In this document: in pieces, positions 9,112 through 19,110 of the stretch
Position numbering within the stretch: position 1 is the first letter of the stretch
Layout of the letters: the number at the start of each line of letters is the position of its first letter
Source of the DNA: an uncultured delta proteobacterium
Lineage (GTDB): Bacteria > Myxococcota_A > Polyangia > Polyangiales > Polyangiaceae
Direction of reading: 5' to 3'
Assembly: GCA_963841435.1 (NCBI GenBank)
Contig: CAWJCS010000002.1
Location: 1,056,001-1,120,000 of the forward strand
DNA length: 64,000 bases
Made by a program: the position numbers and the translations under genes
Notes under the pieces: generated by a model
Told to the model about the DNA's origin: nothing
The model's input: only the letters and a program-made list of their open reading frames with translations
Database searches by the model: none

Positions 9112-10626
9112 ATGAAGATGAAAAAGTCTGTGGTTTTGGTCCTGGCAGGGCTCGTCTTCATCTTCTCCGGCGCCGCGAGCGCGGAGGATGCCGCGCCGCC
9201 GGCGAACGTCGCGCCCGCTGCCACCGAGCCGTCTCCGGCCGCGGCCCCCCCGGCTGCGGAGCCCGCGACCGTCGCGAAGGCACCGGCCGACGCGGCGCTC
9301 GAGCAGCGCGTTGCCGATCTCGAGGCGTACGTGAACAACGCGGGGCGCGTCGATGCCGCCGCGAGCAAGGTGCCCGGTCCGGGCCCCGGTCACAACGGCT
9401 GGATGATGGTGTGTGCGGCGCTCGTCCTGTTCATGACGCTGCCGGGCCTGGCGCTCTTCTACGGCGGCATGGTCCGACAGAAGAACGTGCTCAGCGTGAT
9501 GGCGCAATGCATGGGTCTCGCCGGCATCGTGACGCTGCTCTGGTGGGCGTTCGGCTACAGCATGGCGTTTTCTTCGGGTAGCCCCGTCATGGGAAGCCTC
9601 GAGCACGCGTTCCTTGCGGGTGTCGACGGGAGCCCGAACGCCGACTACTCCCCGTGGGTCTCCGAGAGCGTCTTCTCGATGTACCAGCTCATGTTCGCGA
9701 TCATCACGCCGGCGCTGGTCGTCGGGGCCATCGCGGAACGCGTGAAGTACTCGTCGATCATGCTGTTTCTGACGCTCTGGATGGTCGTCGTGTACTTCCC
9801 GCTCGCGCACATGGTCTGGGGCGTCGATGGCCTCATGAACGGCGTGTGGAATGCGAATGCCGCCGTCAAGGCGGTCGACTTCGCAGGAGGCACCGTCGTG
9901 CACATGTCGTCCGGCTGGTCGGCGATCGTGCTCGCGCTGATCGTCGGCAAACGCAAGGGCTTTGGCACCGAGAACTTCGCGCCCCACAGCCTCGTTTTGA
10001 CCACCATCGGCACCGGCATGCTGTGGGTGGGGTGGTACGGCTTCAATGCCGGCAGCGCCGTCGCCGCCGACGCCATCGCCGCGGCGGCCTTCACGAGCAC
10101 GACGCTGGCAGCCGCCATCGGCGGCCTCAGCTGGGCGGTCGCGGAATGGGTCACGCGCGGCAAGCCGACGGTGCTCGGCTTCTGCTCGGGCATCGTGGGC
10201 GGCCTGGTCGTCATCACACCCGCCGCGGGCTTCGTGTCGCCGACTTCGGCCATCATCATCGGCGTCGTCGCGGGGTTCGTGCCGTTCTTGGCCTGCACCA
10301 AGCTGAAGACGGCGCTCGGTTACGACGACGCACTCGACACCTTCGGCGTGCACGCCGTCGGCGGGACGCTCGGAGCGTTCTTGACGGGCATCTTCGCAAG
10401 CGCCGAGGTCAACCCGAACCTCGACATCAACCTGAAGGGCATCGTGGGGAGCAGCCTCTGGCTCGAGCAGCTGAAGGCGATGGGGCTCACCCTCGTCATC
10501 AGCGTCGTCGGCACGGTTGTGCTCGGTTACCTCGTCAAGGCCGTGCTCGGCCTGCGGCCGAGCGACGAGGACGAGGAGGTCGGCCTAGACCTCACCGATC
10601 ACGGCGAGCGCGCCTACCACACCTGA
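9112..10626 (+). CDS. amtB: Ammonium transporter
   Basis: MTLPGLALFYGGMVR, DFAGGTVVHMSSG, GWYGFNAGS, DDALDTFGVH, GLDLTDHGERAY. Confidence 0.97.
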   Translation: MKMKKSVVLVLAGLVFIFSGAASAEDAAPPANVAPAATEPSPAAAPPAAEPATVAKAPADAALEQRVADLEAYVNNAGRVDAAASKVPGPGPGHNGWMMVCAALVLFMTLPGLALFYGGMVRQKNVLSVMAQCMGLAGIVTLLWWAFGYSMAFSSGSPVMGSLEHAFLAGVDGSPNADYSPWVSESVFSMYQLMFAIITPALVVGAIAERVKYSSIMLFLTLWMVVVYFPLAHMVWGVDGLMNGVWNANAAVKAVDFAGGTVVHMSSGWSAIVLALIVGKRKGFGTENFAPHSLVLTTIGTGMLWVGWYGFNAGSAVAADAIAAAAFTSTTLAAAIGGLSWAVAEWVTRGKPTVLGFCSGIVGGLVVITPAAGFVSPTSAIIIGVVAGFVPFLACTKLKTALGYDDALDTFGVHAVGGTLGAFLTGIFASAEVNPNLDINLKGIVGSSLWLEQLKAMGLTLVISVVGTVVLGYLVKAVLGLRPSDEDEEVGLDLTDHGERAYHT

Positions 10627-10627
10627 C

Positions 10628-10652
10628 GCCGCTCGGCCCCGCGCCGAGCGGC
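10628..10652 (+). terminator. Perfect 10-bp hairpin immediately after amtB; putative terminator or stabiliser
   Basis: GCCGCTCGGC-CCCGC-GCCGAGCGGC; no U-tract follows. Confidence 0.45.
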
Positions 10653-10750
10653 TCGGCCCGTGCGCATGGGTCCGGGGGGGGGGAGCCTCGGGAAACCGGG
10701 CCGGCGGCGCCCGGTTCCATCCGCAGGGAGGGCGCGCTAAGAGTGCGCCC

Positions 10751-11509
10751 ATGCGCTCTCGGTCGCTCGACCCACGCCTAGCTCGTTCCCTCGTGGGCAT
10801 CCTCTCGGGGCTGTCGCTCACCGTCGCGGGATGCGCCCAGAAGGACGCGACCAAGTGCGCCGACGCCCAAAAGGTGATGCGCCAGGCGATGGACACGGGC
10901 GACTTCGCGCTCGCCAGGCAGTGGCGCGAGTACGGCTACAAGCAATGCGACGATGCTGCGGCGCTCGCGAGCCTCGATCAGGAGCTCGTCAATCGCGAGG
11001 CAACCGTCAAGGCCGAAGCCGAGCGCGCCGCGAAGCGGAAGGCGGAGACGGCCCAGCTCGTCAAGCTGTTCGTCGATTTCGTGGCCGCGAACCGCGCCGC
11101 GCCCGAGGCCGCCTCGGCGATGCCCACTTGTGAGGAGCCGGCCGCCACCACGGGCTCGGCACCGAAGCCCGGCAAGGAGAGCAAGGAGCGCTTCTGCACG
11201 GCGACGCGCGCCGCCGGCAACTACACGCTCTCGGTCCGCTTCTGGGACGCGGATCATGCCGCGTTTCGCTTCAGCACGACGCCCGAGGATCCCGTGGATT
11301 GCGCCGCACTCGGCGGCAGCGTGGAAAAGACCTGGGGAGTGCCCGCCGTGGGCGGCAAGACGGCGGTGCGTACGCGCTGCGCGCTTTCCGGTGCGCTCGC
11401 CGGGCTCAACGCCGTCGTCACCGGCGCCGCGAGGGCGGACGCCATGATCTTCAGCCCCACGTACGTCGAGAAGGATCCGAGCGCGCGCCCGATGCTGGAA
11501 GGGCCGTGA
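10751..11509 (+). CDS. Hypothetical lipoprotein
   Basis: Signal peptide ending in lipobox VAGC; several Cys; stop overlaps the next start (GTGA). Confidence 0.75.
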   Translation: MRSRSLDPRLARSLVGILSGLSLTVAGCAQKDATKCADAQKVMRQAMDTGDFALARQWREYGYKQCDDAAALASLDQELVNREATVKAEAERAAKRKAETAQLVKLFVDFVAANRAAPEAASAMPTCEEPAATTGSAPKPGKESKERFCTATRAAGNYTLSVRFWDADHAAFRFSTTPEDPVDCAALGGSVEKTWGVPAVGGKTAVRTRCALSGALAGLNAVVTGAARADAMIFSPTYVEKDPSARPMLEGP

Positions 11510-13473
11510 CCCAAAGCGAGGACGCCCGCACCGCGGGCCCCGACGGCCTCGACGACGGCCCGTCATCGCGGGCCATCCAGCAACGTCTCAACGATCAGCG
11601 CCAGCTCCTGGCGCGGCTGATGCACCTCGATGCGCTCACGCGTGGGGACATCCACGCGGCCCTTGCGCAAGTGAGCGAGCTTGCCGCCGAGCTTTTGCGT
11701 GTGGATCGCGCGAGCGTCTGGCGCTTCGACAAGCAGCGACTCAGCATCGAATGCCTGAACCTCTACGAGGCCGGCTCGCGGAGCCACTCCAAGGGCACGG
11801 TGATCACCGAAGAACAGGCGCCCCAATACTTCGCGGCGCTCACCCGTGAGCGCTGTATCGCCGCCTCCGACGCCAGGAGCGATCCGCGAACCAGCGAGTT
11901 TGCCGACTGGTACCTCGCCCCGCTGGGCATCGGCGCGATGCTGGACGCCCCCGTTTTCGTGCGTGGCGAGATGGTGGGCGTCGTCTGTCACGAGCACGTG
12001 GGCCCTCCACGCGAGTGGGAGTTCTGGGAGGAGCTCCTCGCGGGGACGGTGGCCGACTTCATCGCGCTCGTGACCGAGGCGTCCGATCGGTTGCGCGCCG
12101 AGCACCAGCTCGGTCTCTACCGCACGCACCTCGAGGAGCTGCGCCGCCTTCGCGCGGGCGAGGTCGCGCGGATTCGCTCGGGCCTGGCGCCGCACGTCGA
12201 GGCGCCGCCGGGTTTCGAGCCGACCGTCGCGTCGCCCGAGCTACTCGACGCATCCCCGGTCCCGCTCATCGCCATCGAGATCGGGAGCGGCATCGTCCGT
12301 TACGCGAACCCGCGCGCCGTGCACCTCTTCGAAGGCGAGCGCAGCGAGCTCGTGGGGCGGGACTCGGCACAGTTCTATGCCGACACCGTCGAGCGGGAGG
12401 CGATCGGGCGAGAGCTCGAGCAGACGGGACGCGTCGAAAACGTCGTCGTGCGGCTGAAGACGCTTTCGAGCTGGCCTTTCTGGGCGCTGCTTTCGGCGCA
12501 ACGGGTCTCGTTCGAGGGCGCGGAGGCGGCTCTCATCGCACTTTCCGACATCACGGCGCAAAAGATCGCCGAGGGCGCCGTGAGGCGCAGCGAGCAGAAC
12601 GTGCGCACGCTGTTCGCTGCGGCGCCCGTGGCGATGGCGCTCGTGCGCATCGAGGATTCGACGGTGCTCTTCGGCAACCGGCGCTGCGCCGACCTGTTCG
12701 GCTTCGACATCGACGAGCTGGTCGGTCAGAAGAGCCCCAACTATTACGTCGATCTAGAGGAGCGCGAGCGCATTCTCGGGCGAGTGCTGGGCGAGGGGCA
12801 CGTTGACAGCGAGGAGGTGCGGTTCCGGCGCCGCTCCGGAGAGGAGTTCTGGGCGCTGCTTTCGGCACGAGTGCTCGAATTCGAGGGCGCGCCCGCCTTG
12901 CTCGCCGGCATCATCGACATCACGGAGCAGAAGCGGCTCGAAGAACGCTTGCGCGACCTCGCGATGCACGACGAGCTCACGGGGCTCTACAATCGACGCC
13001 ACTTTCTCGAGCTCGCCGAAGCCGAGATCGCGCGCGTGCGGCGCACGGGCACGCCGCTCAGCCTCTCGATGCTGGATATCGACCACTTCAAGCGCGTCAA
13101 CGATTTCTTCGGTCACGCGGTCGGCGATCTGGCGCTCAAGCAGCTCGCGACCGTCATGCGCGAGACGCTCAGAGCCTCCGACGTGCCGGCGCGGATTGGC
13201 GGCGAGGAGTTCGTGATCTTGCTCACCGACACCTCGCTCGAGGGTGCGCGGCGGATGACCGAGCGCTTGCGCGAGCGCGTGGGGCGCGCCGAGGTTCCCG
13301 CGGGGCACGACCGCGCCGCGCGCTTCACGATCAGCGCGGGGGTTGCGGAGCTATCGCCCGGGGAGCCGTTCGAGGCGTTGCTCGCGAGGGCAGACCAGGC
13401 CCTCTATAGCGCCAAGAGCGCGGGCCGGAATCGGACGGTTTCGTCGCTGCCGCCCGCTCCGTCCTCGGGGTGA
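11506..13473 (+). CDS. GAF-PAS-PAS-GGDEF diguanylate cyclase
   Basis: GAF (DRASVW..MLDAPV..GVVCHEH), two PAS/PAC repeats, DELTGLYNRR, DIDHFKRVND, RASD I-site five residues before GGEEF. Confidence 0.93.
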   Translation: MTQSEDARTAGPDGLDDGPSSRAIQQRLNDQRQLLARLMHLDALTRGDIHAALAQVSELAAELLRVDRASVWRFDKQRLSIECLNLYEAGSRSHSKGTVITEEQAPQYFAALTRERCIAASDARSDPRTSEFADWYLAPLGIGAMLDAPVFVRGEMVGVVCHEHVGPPREWEFWEELLAGTVADFIALVTEASDRLRAEHQLGLYRTHLEELRRLRAGEVARIRSGLAPHVEAPPGFEPTVASPELLDASPVPLIAIEIGSGIVRYANPRAVHLFEGERSELVGRDSAQFYADTVEREAIGRELEQTGRVENVVVRLKTLSSWPFWALLSAQRVSFEGAEAALIALSDITAQKIAEGAVRRSEQNVRTLFAAAPVAMALVRIEDSTVLFGNRRCADLFGFDIDELVGQKSPNYYVDLEERERILGRVLGEGHVDSEEVRFRRRSGEEFWALLSARVLEFEGAPALLAGIIDITEQKRLEERLRDLAMHDELTGLYNRRHFLELAEAEIARVRRTGTPLSLSMLDIDHFKRVNDFFGHAVGDLALKQLATVMRETLRASDVPARIGGEEFVILLTDTSLEGARRMTERLRERVGRAEVPAGHDRAARFTISAGVAELSPGEPFEALLARADQALYSAKSAGRNRTVSSLPPAPSSG

Positions 13474-13495
13474 GCGCGCCGAGCCCGGGCCGGGC

Positions 13496-15082
13496 TCACG
13501 AGTAGTCGCGGACCTTGAGGAAGCGCAGGGCCGGAAAGTCCTTGGCCGTCGTCTCGAGATGCCAGGCATTGCGCGCCAGAAAGACGGGATCCCCGTGATG
13601 GTCGTCGGCCACCGCCGCCTCGTTGTCCGACAAGAAGCGAGCGAGCAGGGGCTGGTCGTCGGCCTCGACCCAGCGCGCCGTGTAGAGACCGGCGCTCTCG
13701 AACACGACGGGCAGGTCGTACTCGTTCTTGATGCGGTCGGCGAGCACGTCGAACTGCAGCGCGCCGACGACGCCGACGATGTAGCTGCCGCCTGACCGCG
13801 TCCGAAAGACGCGTGCGGCGCCCTCCTCTGCGAGCTGTTCGAGCGCGCGCCCGAGATGCTTGGAGCGTAGCGGATCCGTCGAGCGGACGCGCTGGAGCAG
13901 CTCCGGGGCAAAGCTCGGCACTCCGGTGAAGGCGAGCGTTTCGCCCTCGGTGAGTGTGTCGCCGATGCCGAGCTTGCCGTGGTTCGGAATGCCGAGCACG
14001 TCACCTGCAACCGCGGTCTCGGCGAGCTCGCGCTCTTGCGCGAGGAACTGCACGGGGTTGTGCACCGTGAGGCGCTCGCCCGATTTCGGGTGCAGAAGCT
14101 TCATGCCACGACGGAAATGGCCCGAACACAGCCTCAGGAACGCGACGCGATCGCGGTGGCGCGGATCCATGTTCGCCTGCACCTTGAACACGAAGCCCGT
14201 GACTGCGTGCTCGTCGGGCTTCACCTCGCGCTCGCGGGCGCGCCGCGGGCGAGGTGACGGCGCGAGCTCGACGATGCCGTCGATGAGCTGGCGCACGCCG
14301 AAGCTCGCGATTGCGCTGCCGAAGAACACGGGCGTCAGGTGGCCCGCGAGATAGGCCTCGTGATCGAAGGCGGGGCAGAGTCCGCGAGCCATCGCGACTT
14401 CTTCGCGCATCGTCGCGAGCTTGTCGGCGGGCAGCAGCGTCTCGAGCTTGGGGTCGTCGATGCCCTGGCACGGCTCGGATTCGGCTCCGAGGCGTTCGCG
14501 GTTGCGCTCGATGAGCGCCAGCCGGTCGTGCAGAAGGTCGTAGCAGCCCAGAAATCCGCGCCCCATGCCGATCGGCCAGCTGGCGGGCGTGACCTCGAGC
14601 GCGAGATCCCGCTCGATCTCCTGCATGAGATCGAATGGTTCGCGTCCCTCGCGATCGAGCTTGTTGACGAAGGTGATGATGGGCACGTTCCTGAGCCGGC
14701 AAACTTCGAACAGCTTGCGCGTCTGCTGCTCGATGCCCTTGGCGGCGTCGAGCACCATCACCGCCGAATCGACGGCGCTCAGCGTGCGGTACGTGTCCTC
14801 GCTGAAGTCCTGGTGGCCCGGCGTATCGAGCAGGTTCAAGACGCGCCCGGCGTACTCGAAGGTCATCGCCGACGCCGTGACGGAAATGCCGCGCTCGCGT
14901 TCCACCTTCATCCAGTCCGAGCGCGCGCGCCGCTGGTCGCCGCGAGCCTTGACGGCGCCGGCGAGCTGGATGGCGCCGCCGAAGAGCAGGAGCTTCTCCG
15001 TGAGCGTGGTCTTGCCCGCGTCGGGGTGAGAGATGATGGCAAAGGTGCGCCGCCGCGCGACCTCGTCGGCGAGAGAAGTCAT
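13496..15082 (-). CDS. prfC: Peptide chain release factor 3
   Basis: RRRTFAIISHPDAGKTTLTEKLLLFGGAI, DTPGHQDFSEDTY, NKLDR, QANMDPRHRDR. Confidence 0.98.
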   Translation of the reverse strand: MTSLADEVARRRTFAIISHPDAGKTTLTEKLLLFGGAIQLAGAVKARGDQRRARSDWMKVERERGISVTASAMTFEYAGRVLNLLDTPGHQDFSEDTYRTLSAVDSAVMVLDAAKGIEQQTRKLFEVCRLRNVPIITFVNKLDREGREPFDLMQEIERDLALEVTPASWPIGMGRGFLGCYDLLHDRLALIERNRERLGAESEPCQGIDDPKLETLLPADKLATMREEVAMARGLCPAFDHEAYLAGHLTPVFFGSAIASFGVRQLIDGIVELAPSPRPRRAREREVKPDEHAVTGFVFKVQANMDPRHRDRVAFLRLCSGHFRRGMKLLHPKSGERLTVHNPVQFLAQERELAETAVAGDVLGIPNHGKLGIGDTLTEGETLAFTGVPSFAPELLQRVRSTDPLRSKHLGRALEQLAEEGAARVFRTRSGGSYIVGVVGALQFDVLADRIKNEYDLPVVFESAGLYTARWVEADDQPLLARFLSDNEAAVADDHHGDPVFLARNAWHLETTAKDFPALRFLKVRDYS

Positions 15083-15104
15083 CGGATCAACGAATCCGCA
15101 GCGA

Positions 15105-15341
15105 TCAGGCCCTTTGCCCGATCATGGACGCGTGCGTGTGCATCTGGACGCTGCCGTTCACCACGCCCGTCCCCATGCCGCGGCGGCGTGGAAACTCGAC
15201 CTCGACGCGGAGGTGCCGTCCGTCCTCGTGACGTTCGCGTGTGTCGTCGTCGCCCGCGCGGAGGGCGAACCAGCTGGTCGCTCGGATCGCGATCGAAGGC
15301 TCGACGAAATTCGTGCGGTCGCTGCGTTGCGAGTCGGACAT
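15105..15341 (-). CDS. Possible small hypothetical protein (78 aa)
   Basis: ATG-started ORF with mostly G/C third positions, directly upstream of prfC; no family recognised. Confidence 0.3.
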   Translation of the reverse strand: MSDSQRSDRTNFVEPSIAIRATSWFALRAGDDDTRERHEDGRHLRVEVEFPRRRGMGTGVVNGSVQMHTHASMIGQRA

Positions 15342-15625
15342 GGGACGAGCTCGGGCGAGGGTGCGTCGAGGTGCGGCAACCTACCACGTCGCAAAAGAGG
15401 GCGCACAATCGGCGCATGCTCGGTCTCCGCCGAGAATTCCCGCGCCTTCTCCGAGCTTTAGTCGCCGTATCCTCTGACGACGTCTTTGCACGATCGCGCG
15501 CCGTCACCCCGCTCGCCCGAAATCCTACACCGTAGGTGCCGGTGGGCGCGCAGAGGGCACGACGAGGCGGCTCGACGAATTGTGTTGGACACCGTTCGTG
15601 GTCACGGTTTATTGAAGACGAGCCC

Positions 15626-16579
15626 ATGCGCCTACTGCCCGCGTTCGTCCTCGGATACCTGACCGTCCTCGGCGGCGGTCCCTCCGAGCCGGCGCCGCCC
15701 AAGCTCGCGCAGGGGATGACGCAGCCGGCCATCGCGGAGATCGATCGGGCACTCGGCTTCGGCCTCGCGCCGCAGGCGCCGCCGTTCGACGCCGAGCTCG
15801 ACGCTCCGCGCCGCTTCGTCACGTCGAACGGCCGCGTCGTGTCGCTGCCGAATGGTTGCCGCAGCGTCTCGCGCCCCTTCGACTTGCTCATCCACTTCCA
15901 CGGCGCCCCTCCGGTGCTCGAAGCTGCCTTCGAGCGCTCCGGCATCGACGGCGCGCTCGCCATCCTCAATCTGGGTATCGGGTCGGGCCGCTACGACGCC
16001 GCGTTCCAGTGGGGGGGGTCGTTCGACGCCTTGCTCGCGCGCATCGGCGTCGTCATTCACGACATGTGTCCGACGGCCACGACGCCGCGCCGCATCGGGC
16101 TCAGCGCTTGGAGCGCGGGCTACGGCGCGGTCTTCCGCATCCTCGATCATTCGAGCGACGCCGCTCGCATCGATGCCGTGCTGCTCGCCGACGGCCTGCA
16201 CGCCAGCTTCGAAATGGACGGGCAGCGAGAAAGACGTGTGAGCGTCGATCAGCTGGCGCCCTTCATGACGCTGTCGGACGAGGCCGTCGCGGGGCACAAG
16301 CTGTTCGCGATCACGCACTCTTCGATCGAGACGCCCTACGCCAGCACCACCGAGACCGCGGATTTCCTGCTCGCCCAGCTCGGCCTCGAGCGCCAGGCGG
16401 CCACGCTGCCCGGGCCGCGCCCCGGCATGGTCATGAAGTCTCGCGCCGACTCGGGCAGCTTCCACGTGCTCGGCTTCGCCGGCGACAACGAGAGGGCGCA
16501 TGGCGATCATCTGCACGCCTTCGGCGACATGCTCCTGCCGTACCTGAAGGAGCGCTGGAGCCTACCGCCCGAACGCTGA
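15626..16579 (+). CDS. Secreted alpha/beta-hydrolase-like protein
   Basis: Signal-like N-terminus from ATG 15626; LLIHFHG, GLSAWSAGYGAV (nucleophile elbow), VLLADGLH, C-terminal His. Confidence 0.65.
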   Translation: MRLLPAFVLGYLTVLGGGPSEPAPPKLAQGMTQPAIAEIDRALGFGLAPQAPPFDAELDAPRRFVTSNGRVVSLPNGCRSVSRPFDLLIHFHGAPPVLEAAFERSGIDGALAILNLGIGSGRYDAAFQWGGSFDALLARIGVVIHDMCPTATTPRRIGLSAWSAGYGAVFRILDHSSDAARIDAVLLADGLHASFEMDGQRERRVSVDQLAPFMTLSDEAVAGHKLFAITHSSIETPYASTTETADFLLAQLGLERQAATLPGPRPGMVMKSRADSGSFHVLGFAGDNERAHGDHLHAFGDMLLPYLKERWSLPPER

Positions 16580-16603
16580 GGTCGCGGGTCGGCGCCGGAG
16601 GCG

Positions 16604-17746
16604 CTACCTGAGCCACCACCAGGCGACGACGAGGAGGAATAGGCCTGCGCCGGCGATCGCGAGCGCGAGGCGCGGGAGGGGCGTTGACGTGAGTGGGGCG
16701 GGGGGCTCCACGACGGACACGGGTGGTGTCGAGGTCCGGGGAGCGGCCGGGTCGGACGACAGCTTCGGCATCTCGAGCGTGCTCGCGTAAGCCGGGCCGG
16801 CGAGCGGCAGCGAAACGGGCGGCATGCGCTGCTCCGGGTCCGCGGCGCGCAAGGTGGCGGACATCTCGGGAGGCACCGGCCGCGCCGGCACCTCGAGCGT
16901 CGCTCCGCCCCAGAGGGTCTCGACGAAGCTTTGCACGAGCTCGTGCGTGCTCGCGAAGCGGGCCTCGGGATCGACAGCCAGGGCTCGCGAAAACCAGGGG
17001 TCGAGCGCTGGCTCGAGCGTGCCACCGAGCACGCGCGCTCGCTCGGAAGCGACGCGCGACGGCTTCGCGCCGTCGCCGCCGGCGCCCGCGACACCGCGCA
17101 AGACCGAGTGCCAGGGAGCGCCGACGATCGCGAAGAAGGTGAGCAGCGCGAGCGAGTAGCGATCGCTCGAAGGCGTCGGAAAGCCAGCCGCTGCTTCGGG
17201 CGCGCTGAATCCGAGCACGGCCGAGGGCCCGGCATGCGCGGCGTCGCGCAGGCGCCCCAGGCAAAAATCGGTGACTCTCGCCCACTGCGGATTATCGAAC
17301 GAAATGAAGAGATTGTGGGGGGTGAGGTTGCCGTGAACGATGCCCGCGGCGTGGGCGGCGTCGAGCCCGTGGGCCAGCGTTTCGAGCGCCTGGGCGAACA
17401 CGTGGGGCGGCAGTGGTCCCCGTTCAGAAACGTACCGAGCGAGCGTCGGGAAGACGAGGCGCTCGCTCGCGACGTAAGGGCGCCCGAGCGCAGGGTCAAT
17501 CCCCGCGTCGTACGCGCGGGCGATGCCCTCGCCTGGCAAGGCCGAGACCGCGGTCGTCAGCGCGACGTGCTCCGACCAGGCGGGCTCCTCACCGAACGAC
17601 CGGTCGAAGACCTTCAGCGCCGCGAAGCGGCTCTGGCTGGCTTCCTCGGCCTCGTACACGCAGGCGCTCGGTGTCTTGCCGAGGACCCCTCCGAGGATCC
17701 AGCGCGAGGCGACGAGCGTGCCGGGGGGGATCTCCGAAGGGGGCAC
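16604..17746 (-). CDS. Ser/Thr protein kinase-like membrane protein (probable pseudokinase)
   Basis: AALK, IVHGNLTPHNLFI, VTDFCLG, SAPE, SDRYSL; C-terminal TM. Catalytic Asp is replaced by Asn. Confidence 0.85.
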   Translation of the reverse strand: MPPSEIPPGTLVASRWILGGVLGKTPSACVYEAEEASQSRFAALKVFDRSFGEEPAWSEHVALTTAVSALPGEGIARAYDAGIDPALGRPYVASERLVFPTLARYVSERGPLPPHVFAQALETLAHGLDAAHAAGIVHGNLTPHNLFISFDNPQWARVTDFCLGRLRDAAHAGPSAVLGFSAPEAAAGFPTPSSDRYSLALLTFFAIVGAPWHSVLRGVAGAGGDGAKPSRVASERARVLGGTLEPALDPWFSRALAVDPEARFASTHELVQSFVETLWGGATLEVPARPVPPEMSATLRAADPEQRMPPVSLPLAGPAYASTLEMPKLSSDPAAPRTSTPPVSVVEPPAPLTSTPLPRLALAIAGAGLFLLVVAWWWLR

Positions 17747-17974
17747 GTACGAGAGAATACCCGGGGCGGCGAGCGCATTCACACAACTTCGCGATCGAGC
17801 CTGTCGACGGGGCGAAGCTCGGGAAACCGACCCGCCCAGAGCGCCACGACGAGCCGATCGCGACACCCGGCATCTGGCTGCCGATGAGGCCGGAGAACCT
17901 CCCCGCCCGCTAGAATCGGAAGTCGGAGTAGCGCAGCGCCGCCGCGCGCCTCGAAAGCGAGCTCGGCGTGCCGG

Positions 17975-18994
17975 TCACGGGCGCGGCGGCGCGCCTTCGG
18001 AATCGCTTTTGGGCAACGCGCCGCGCGGCGCGGGCTCTTCTGCTTGCTCGCTCGCGCCGCTCGGCTCTTCCGGCTCGGCGGGCGCTGCGGCCGGGCCCTT
18101 TGCACCCGACGTCTCCGCCTCCTCCTCGGCTGCGTCGTCAACGTCGGTCGGCGTGGCCACCATCTGGCCGCGTTGTGTGCGTCGCGGCGCCTCGCCGGGG
18201 CCCGCGTAGTTGACCCAGTAGGTCGTCGCGGGCCGCACGTCGAGGTGGAGGAAGCTGGAGTTCGGGTAGTAGCCGACGCCCACGTGTTGCAGGGTGCGCA
18301 GGTAGTCGCGCACGACGGCGTTCGGTACGCCGATGACGCTGAAATCGATCGCCTGGCTCGTTTTGTGACGGGAATCGCGGAAATACGAGGTCGTGCGGTA
18401 CCCGCTCACGATCATGAGCTTGCGACCCCCGAAGGTGTCGCTCACGCTGACGAGCAGCCGGAGCAATCGGTCCGGCACCCCCGGATGATCCCCCGTCGCG
18501 CTGAGCAGCTCGGCGATGCGCTGCTTCGCACTGGTTCGCAGCCGACCCCTCGAGTCGATGACCAGGCCACGCCACTTCTTGTTGTGCGAGCTGATGTCGA
18601 GATAGCCCTTGCGCCTCGGCCGGCGCGAAAAATCACGCCAGCTCGGGCTCACTGCCCGGCCCTTGCTGGTCGCCGCGCGGTACGACGTGAGCGCGGTCGT
18701 GGCGGCGCGGGTCGGTCGCGAGCGGAGCACCACGGTGCGCGCCTGGCTTCCGTCCTTGTCGGTGCGCGCGGGGACGACGAGGCGCTGTCCGGGGTGAATG
18801 GGGTCACGCCGGCTGATGTCGTTCGCGTAGCAGAGCGCCTCGATCGTGACGTTGTAGCGCTTGGCGATCGAGCCGAGACGCTGACCGTTCGCCACGACGT
18901 GCGTCCGCAGGCCGCCCTCGGCCGACGCCAACGCCGGGGTGGCCGCCGCGAACAGGATGGCGAGCAGCGCGGGTAGGAGGACGCGGCGCAGCAT
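17975..18994 (-). CDS. LysM + DUF882/YcbK (peptidase M15) cell-wall protein
   Basis: Signal peptide; LysM HVVANGQRLGSIAKRYNVT; IVSGYR..SRHKTSQAIDF..GVGYYPNSSFLHLDVR (Zn ligands H, D, H). GGGAGG SD before ATG 18994. Confidence 0.9.
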   Translation of the reverse strand: MLRRVLLPALLAILFAAATPALASAEGGLRTHVVANGQRLGSIAKRYNVTIEALCYANDISRRDPIHPGQRLVVPARTDKDGSQARTVVLRSRPTRAATTALTSYRAATSKGRAVSPSWRDFSRRPRRKGYLDISSHNKKWRGLVIDSRGRLRTSAKQRIAELLSATGDHPGVPDRLLRLLVSVSDTFGGRKLMIVSGYRTTSYFRDSRHKTSQAIDFSVIGVPNAVVRDYLRTLQHVGVGYYPNSSFLHLDVRPATTYWVNYAGPGEAPRRTQRGQMVATPTDVDDAAEEEAETSGAKGPAAAPAEPEEPSGASEQAEEPAPRGALPKSDSEGAPPRP

Positions 18995-19110
18995 GAGACC
19001 GGCCCCTCCCGGTGCCATAGTTCCCGCCGTCAGGCCACTTTCCTTTGCCAGGCCGGCTGTCCGGTCGCCAAAAAGGCGGCCATTTGCAGGGCGCATGTTA
19101 GCTCGCTGGC

